NCBI GenBank assembly: GCA_963813155.1
Contig: CAWEYG010000001.1
Location: 288,001-352,000, forward strand
Direction of reading: 5' to 3'
DNA: 64,000 nucleotides
Origin: an uncultured Acidobacteriota bacterium
GTDB taxonomy: Bacteria > Acidobacteriota > Thermoanaerobaculia > UBA5066 > DATFVB01
Within the stretch, counting starts at the first letter, position 1, and the number at the start of each line of letters is the position of its first letter. A model generated the notes under the pieces. The model searched no databases. It was not told the DNA's origin and saw only the letters and a program-made list of their open reading frames with translations. Below are positions 59,789 through 64,000 of this stretch, one piece after another. The position numbers and the translations under genes were made by a program.

Positions 59789-61024
59789 TTATGAAATATC
59801 TGAGCGGCGGGGGCGCAGGAACAGGAAAACGAGAGCGCCCGCAAACATGACTGCCTGAACGGCCGTGGAGCTCGCGGGAAGGCGCCGGATCCCTCCCGGA
59901 AGGAGCAGAAAGTCGACTCCGACCTTCAGGAGCAGCGGGACGAGCGCGAGAGCGAAGAGCCGGCCGGCCGCGTTGCGCGAAGCGAGGATCGCCGCCGCGA
60001 AAACGGTCGGAGCCAGAAAGACGAGAAACGGCGACAGCGCGGCGACGATGCCCGCAGCCGAATCGAATTCCGGCCCGTAGGCCAGACGAACCATTCTCTT
60101 CCCTTCCAGCCGCACGAGGAGAGCGAGGCCCCCTCCGAGCCCGAGAAACCCGAGAAGGGACGCGCCGATCTCTCGCCGGCCGAGGAGGCTCCTGCGCGAG
60201 AGAGCGGGAAAGAGCGCCGCCGCGATCGTCACGGGAACGAGACCGACGCCGAGCACGAGGGTCGCGGCGGCCGCGTAGTCGGCGGTCGCCGCGGCGTCCC
60301 CCGTGAGGCGACGGATCAGGACGACGTCGGTCCGCAGCAGAAGGACCCCCGCCAGCGCCGGCAATCCGAGGGGCGCGGCGCGGACCGCCGCGGAGAGCCA
60401 CCCGGGCGGCCACTTCCACCGGAAACCGGGGAAGACCCTGCGAAAGACCACCAGGGTGAGAGCGAAGAACGCCGCCGCCGCCACGGCAAGCGTCGCGCTG
60501 ACCGAAACGAGCCCCGGCCGGAAGCGCATCGAGGCGAACACGACCGCGAGGAGACCCGCCGCTTCGGCGCTCCGCAGGGCGAACTCCTTCCAGATCACGT
60601 CGGCGGCCCGAAAAGCCGCGGCGAGGAAAGCCGTCAACGCGCGAAAGAGAGCGAAGAGGCCGACGACGAAGACGACGGCAGAATCCGTGCGCTGCGCGAC
60701 CGCGACGGCGGCGAGCAGCAGGAGGGTGGCCGCGGCCGAGGCCGCGCGCAACGGAAAGAACTCCGAGAGAGCGGGGATCACGCCTTCTCCCGCGGAAGCT
60801 CCCTTGCGAACGAACGCCTCCAGGAGGCCGATACCGCCGGCCGGGACCACGATCATCGCGAGGGAAAACGCGTAAGCGAAAATGCCGTACTGTTGCCGGC
60901 CGAGCGCCCGAGCCAGAAGAAACTGGAGCACGACGTTGCCCCCCCGCACGGCGGCCTCGGCGAGCCCGAGCCAGAAGACCGACGAAGCGTGACGGGCCAG
61001 TCCGTCTTTCTTCTTGTTATCCAT
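59789..61024 (-). CDS. Wzx-like oligosaccharide flippase
   Basis: LARALG..QYG.F, about 12 TM segments, D.VLI; in a glycosyltransferase operon. Confidence 0.78.
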   Translation of the reverse strand: MDNKKKDGLARHASSVFWLGLAEAAVRGGNVVLQFLLARALGRQQYGIFAYAFSLAMIVVPAGGIGLLEAFVRKGASAGEGVIPALSEFFPLRAASAAATLLLLAAVAVAQRTDSAVVFVVGLFALFRALTAFLAAAFRAADVIWKEFALRSAEAAGLLAVVFASMRFRPGLVSVSATLAVAAAAFFALTLVVFRRVFPGFRWKWPPGWLSAAVRAAPLGLPALAGVLLLRTDVVLIRRLTGDAAATADYAAAATLVLGVGLVPVTIAAALFPALSRRSLLGRREIGASLLGFLGLGGGLALLVRLEGKRMVRLAYGPEFDSAAGIVAALSPFLVFLAPTVFAAAILASRNAAGRLFALALVPLLLKVGVDFLLLPGGIRRLPASSTAVQAVMFAGALVFLFLRPRRSDIS

Positions 61025-62164
61025 TCGACAGCGACCGCACCCGGGACGCCCATTCCTCGCCGATCCGGTCCCAGGAATGCGATGCGAGGATCTGCGCGCT
61101 CGCGCTTTCGCTCCCGTCCCGGCGGCGCTCCTCGGACCGCGCCCGGTATTCGCGAACGGCCGCGTCGGCCTCCTGCACGTCGTCCGCGAACAGGGTCGCG
61201 GGAGGCTTCTCGAGAACGATCTCCCTCGTGCGAGTCGCGAGAACGGGCACGCCGAGAGCGAGCGATTCGAAGAGCTTCAGGGGCGAGGCGCCGTGGCCGA
61301 CGGGATCGCGCGTGAACGGGCAGAGACTGAGATCGCACCCGGCGAGCCGGGCGAGCGCCTCCGCGTGCGCGAGCGGCCCCGTCAATTCGATGTTCCCGAT
61401 CCGGCGCCGGGCGACGCGGTCGCGAACCTCGCGCCACCGCCGTCCTCCCCCGATCAGGAGAAAGTGGGCGTCCGGCAGCCGCGCCGCCAGGCCGAGAACC
61501 AACTCGAAGTCGATGAAATATTCGAACGACCCGAGGAACCCGATCCGAAAACCTGCCGGGCGCGGCGAAGCGGATCGGCGAGCGAGCCCGATTTCCGCCG
61601 GATCCACGCCGTTCGGGACGAGCACCGCGCGCGGGCCGAGCCGCGGCAGCATTTCGCGGGAAGGCGTCGTCACGAGAGAGGCGCGCCGGAGCATCGCGGA
61701 GAGCGTCCGGCGGGCGAGGGGCTCCAGGAGAGGGCCGGCGGCGCCCGCCTCGTGGCGAAGCATCGCGGGCAGATCGTCCGCGACGTCGAAACACACGGGA
61801 ACGCGCCCGCCGAGCAGGGATCGATCTGCGTCAGGTTGTAGACGAGGAGGGCATCCGGAGGCTCGGTCGCGACGATCGCGCGAACCCGGCGGTTCGCGAA
61901 ATACGAGTACGCCCCCTTCTTGACGATCTTGTCGAACGGAAGCCATTGCTCCCAGAATGGACGCCAGACCGGCACCTCCTCGACGCGAAACCGGTCGGGA
62001 AAGTCGAAAGCGATTTCGTGGAAATTCGTCTCGCTCGAGTTTCGCGCGGGCGGCTGGAGAAACCGCACGGAATCTCCGGCGCGGGCCCGCGCGAGGAGCA
62101 GCTGCTGATAACGGCTCCAGTTCGCCGTCCGCGCGCGCGCCAGATAGGGAAAGAGAATTATCAC
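61017..62164 (-). CDS. GT4-type glycosyltransferase, with a 1-nt frameshift at ~61825
   Basis: N-terminal part ..PDALLVYNLTQ continues in another frame as ..VCFDVADDL..VPNGVD..GFLGS..SPLKLFESLALGVPV. Confidence 0.78.
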
Positions 62165-62171
62165 TCGCGCA

Positions 62172-63203
62172 CTAGTGCCGCGCCGAAAGCCACTCCCGGC
62201 GCGCGGCGAAGGACCGGACGACGCCCCCCACCCACATCGCCGGATAGAGGGGCGAGCACAACACGGCCGGGAGATAGAACATCGGCCGGTCCACGAGCCC
62301 CAGGCCGCCGAACAGAACCGCGAGGTCCTTCGCGACGAACAGCGAGAAGACGATTCGAAGCACGACGACCCCGGGGGCCGCCGGAAGGAAGAACAGGCCC
62401 GCGAGAATCAGCAGCCGAACCGAAAAGAAGAGAGAACGCGGCTTGCAGAAGAGCGTCAGCACGAGCGTTGCTCCCTCCGCCGACCGCGAGAGCGCGAGGA
62501 TCTCGCGGCGCCGGGAGACGAGAGCCGACGCGTTTCCGGCGAGCCACCTCGCCCTTTGCGCGATGACTCCGCGCGTGTCGGCCGGCTTCGGATCGCGAAC
62601 GGAAGCGGACAACCGGCGAACGCGGACGCCTTCGGCGGCGAGAAGAATCGTCAGCTCGAGATCCTCGACGAATGTCTCGCAGCGGGAAAGCCCGCGCTCC
62701 AGAAGCTCGCGCGAAAGCACCATTCCCGTTCCGCGAAGAGGAACTCCCCACCCGAGCCGCTCGCGAAAGCGATCGGAAATCTTCTGGGACACGATCTCGG
62801 AATACGCCGCGAGCCGGGAGACGAGGGAACGGTTCGGGACGGGGTCGACGTATCCCTGGAGCGCGGCCTCTCCTGGGACGGAGGCGGCCTCGGCCTCGGC
62901 CTCGGCGAGAAAATTCGCGGAGGGGAGGGAATCGGCATCAAAGACGGCGACGGTTTCGGCGGCCTCGCCCTTCACTTCGGCGAGGGCGTGCAAGAGGGCC
63001 CCCCGCTTGCCCGGGCCGACGCGCTCGTCGGCGCGCTCGACGACGAGCGCCCCGAAGGAGGCCGCGAGCTCGAGCGTCCCGTCGGTGCAGCGGTCGGCGA
63101 TCACGACGAGCCGATCCTTCCCGGGGCGGACCATGTCCCGAAATCGCGGAAGCGATTCCTTCAAGCACTCCGCGTCGTTGTGGCTGGGGACGAGAATCAG
63201 CAC
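62172..63203 (-). CDS. GT2 glycosyltransferase (processive-type motifs)
   Basis: LVPSHND, IADRCTDGT, FDADS, GTGM, VEDLEL, QRARW, C-terminal TM segments; GTG start. Confidence 0.85.
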   Translation of the reverse strand: MLILVPSHNDAECLKESLPRFRDMVRPGKDRLVVIADRCTDGTLELAASFGALVVERADERVGPGKRGALLHALAEVKGEAAETVAVFDADSLPSANFLAEAEAEAASVPGEAALQGYVDPVPNRSLVSRLAAYSEIVSQKISDRFRERLGWGVPLRGTGMVLSRELLERGLSRCETFVEDLELTILLAAEGVRVRRLSASVRDPKPADTRGVIAQRARWLAGNASALVSRRREILALSRSAEGATLVLTLFCKPRSLFFSVRLLILAGLFFLPAAPGVVVLRIVFSLFVAKDLAVLFGGLGLVDRPMFYLPAVLCSPLYPAMWVGGVVRSFAARREWLSARH

Positions 63204-63318
63204 GCGCAGATTATGACCCGAACCGAGAATGCGCTCGCTCGGCCCGAACCGCAGCTCAGCCCCAGCGCCGGTCTCGGCAAGTCTCTTCGACCCTCGGCCG
63301 CAGTTCGCTTTCCCTCGA

Positions 63319-63367
63319 ACCCCCTCACCCGGCCTTCGGCCACCCTCTCCCTCAAGGGGAGAGGGGA
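63319..63367. repeat. REP-like palindromic element (CCCCTCACCC..CCCTCTCCC..GGGAGAGGG type)
   Basis: GGCC-TTC-GGCC mini-hairpin plus a CCCTCTCCC/GGGAGAGGG stem; resembles a widespread intergenic repeat class of GC-rich bacteria. Confidence 0.65.
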
Positions 63368-63499
63368 GTTCGAGGGGAAACATCCCCTCGGTTTGACATG
63401 CGTGGCCGCCGGACCTTCGTGCGCGAAGCGCGCGGCCGCGCCAGCCTGCGCCGGCGCGTTGACCCCGGCTGCGTTCGAGCCTTCGCTCGGACGGGCGGC

Positions 63500-63617
63500 G
63501 CGGGCGGGCGGCCCGGGAGGAGACCCCTTTTGCCGCTCGCGGCGCGGAGTCGTAGCAAAGTCCTCCAATCGCAGCGAGCGGAAAAGCGGGTCGAGTCCCG
63601 TGACAGGACCCGCCCGC
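63500..63617 (+). repeat. ~110-nt long-hairpin intergenic element, copy 2
   Basis: Same stems and GTAGCAAAGTC loop as 26651-26760. Confidence 0.75.
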
Positions 63618-63631
63618 TAAAGGGCCTTGCC

Positions 63632-64000
63632 TCAGTTCTGGATCAAGCGGAATGAAGGGACCACGTCGCGCCCGAGCACGGAGCGCAGCACCGTCGCGTG
63701 GAGGACTTCGTCGCTCAGGATCTTGGCCGCCCCTTCGGACAGCGCGCGGTCGTTGAACTTCGGCACGACCGACAGGTACGCGCGAGCCGCGCCGACCTCC
63801 AGGGTGAACGCCAGCTGAAGAACGTCCTTCTCGTCCTTGAGCGCAACGCCCCACGTGTACTTCTCCGAAGGCAGGACGGGATGGCCGCCCTTCTGCCGGA
63901 TGATCTTGGTCAGGAGATCCCGGTGGCCTTCGTGGCTTCCCTGGAACAGCAGGCCGACTTCGGCCGCCTTTTCGGACAGCAACCCGCTCTTTCCGGCGAG
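63632..64000 (-). CDS. Ferritin-like domain protein, 5' partial
   Basis: HEGH, LE..AARAY, I..DEVLH di-iron-type E/H pattern; frame open to the window end. Confidence 0.72.
   Translation of the reverse strand, partial: LAGKSGLLSEKAAEVGLLFQGSHEGHRDLLTKIIRQKGGHPVLPSEKYTWGVALKDEKDVLQLAFTLEVGAARAYLSVVPKFNDRALSEGAAKILSDEVLHATVLRSVLGRDVVPSFRLIQN

Overview
A gene-dense, high-GC bacterial chromosomal window with about 60 CDS. Gene content and style suggest Acidobacteriota, possibly Thermoanaerobaculia-like; this is an inference. It is mostly core metabolism and envelope genes: ftcD, glyA, dgt, folC, accD, a BtuFCD/FecBCD-like ABC importer, yebC-ruvC, ftsEX, gatB, mrp, hemD/hemB/hemL, uvrA, a lytic transglycosylase, PBP1B, groES/EL with a perfect CIRCE, and polysaccharide/glycosylation genes. 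I found no rRNA, tRNA, CRISPR array, integrase or transposase. The most unusual signals are: (1) a ~110-nt intergenic long-hairpin element present twice (26651-26760 and 63500-63617), with stem changes that preserve pairing and an invariant loop GTAGCAAAGTC. One copy borders a small RelE-type toxin-antitoxin/foreign-gene islet, and related fragments occur in other intergenic regions. (2) A pseudo-receiver / Ser-Thr kinase / TM / TonB-C fusion protein heading a run of genes with a 74-aa coiled-coil protein and the ABC importer. (3) A LytS/LytTR pair with AlgR-like 21-bp-period direct repeats upstream of a di-haem cytochrome c. (4) Widespread leaderless gene architecture, including a 23-nt bidirectional promoter. 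(5) An N-succinylamino-acid racemase (D-to-L amino acid) operon between hem genes. Five single-base frameshifts, one in gatB, most likely reflect sequencing or assembly errors; one creates a spurious kinase-regulator fusion ORF.
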